From: a virus
Taxonomy: Duplodnaviria > Caudoviricetes
Length of the DNA stretch: 36,065 nt
Virus record (IMG/VR): IMGVR_UViG_3300035670_000706
Span: 1-36,065 of that record
Direction: 5' to 3' (one strand)
Positions within the stretch are counted from its first letter, which is position 1, and the number at the start of each line of letters is the position of its first letter. Shown here piece by piece: positions 35,607 to 36,065 of the stretch. The translations under genes and the position numbers were made by a program. Below the pieces are notes generated by a model. The model was not told the DNA's origin and searched no databases. It was given only the letters and a program-made list of their open reading frames with translations.

Positions 35607-36065
35607 ACAGATTTCTGATGAAATAAAAGAAGGGGCAACCCTCGCTTTCTACAGCAAGAAAAAATGGTATACAAAAATAATTCCATTTTTTTCAAGAGAA
35701 ATTGAGGGCGAGAACCCGCCAGTTCATGTTGCATTGTGTTTAAACATAAATCGCGAAAAAAATTCATGTGAATTTTATCTGTCGGAAAATGGCTTTAGCA
35801 ACGGCAAGTATATTAGAGTAAAAATTAACAATTTTGACCATTATGTATTTTTTGGTTGGATTACAGATGAAGAGCAGTGGCTCGCTGATCGTTTAAATAA
35901 TTACGAAAATATAGTTGTAAAAAACCTCAAAAAACCACTCATTGCCGAGCAAATCAAAATCGGCATTGAAGATGCTAAATCACAAGTGGGCAAGAAATAT
36001 AACTATCTTCAATTTTTCTTCGCCGCTGAATTTTTTGAGAAAATTTTGCCAAAATTTATTTTAAA
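35593..36065 (+). CDS. Partial permuted NlpC/P60 (YiiX/YebB-like) protein, runs off the right edge
   Basis: Manual translation is open to the edge: MDKIKQISDEIKEGATLAFY...PPVHVAL...AKSQVGKKYNY.... His-first order; the catalytic Cys is expected beyond the window. Confidence 0.6.
   Translation, partial: MDKIKQISDEIKEGATLAFYSKKKWYTKIIPFFSREIEGENPPVHVALCLNINREKNSCEFYLSENGFSNGKYIRVKINNFDHYVFFGWITDEEQWLADRLNNYENIVVKNLKKPLIAEQIKIGIEDAKSQVGKKYNYLQFFFAAEFFEKILPKFIL

Noticed and set aside
1-36065. Alternative genetic code, tRNAs, integrase/att sites, diversity-generating retroelement
   Set aside because: Genes are full length in the standard code; no cloverleaf, recombinase, reverse transcriptase or template/variable repeat pair was seen.

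Overview
This window is a very AT-rich segment of a tailed dsDNA phage or prophage with a contractile tail; no host housekeeping genes, integrase, tRNA or CRISPR array are visible. Bases 1-7118 are a leftward arm of about 20 small, mostly unknown ORFs, most preceded by a shared leader (TATTAACTTAA...AAAAATATATG) and driven by two look-alike promoter plus stem-loop units. A 1.2-kb non-coding switch (7119-8295) carries a T18 run, five clustered G-runs and a strand-skew inversion. The rightward virion module follows: TerS, RNase HI, an HK97-type portal with an appended C-terminal domain split by a LAGLIDADG intein, protease, capsid, neck, Mu-like sheath, tube, tail chaperone with a -1 frameshift, tape measure, baseplate, fibre, a holin candidate and a truncated permuted NlpC/P60 gene. 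Three antisense islands interrupt this module: one small ORF, a 5-gene cassette with m5C and amino methyltransferases, and TerL itself. The methyltransferase cassette and TerL share a duplicated 38-bp leader. All calls come from motif recognition by eye; no database searches were run.
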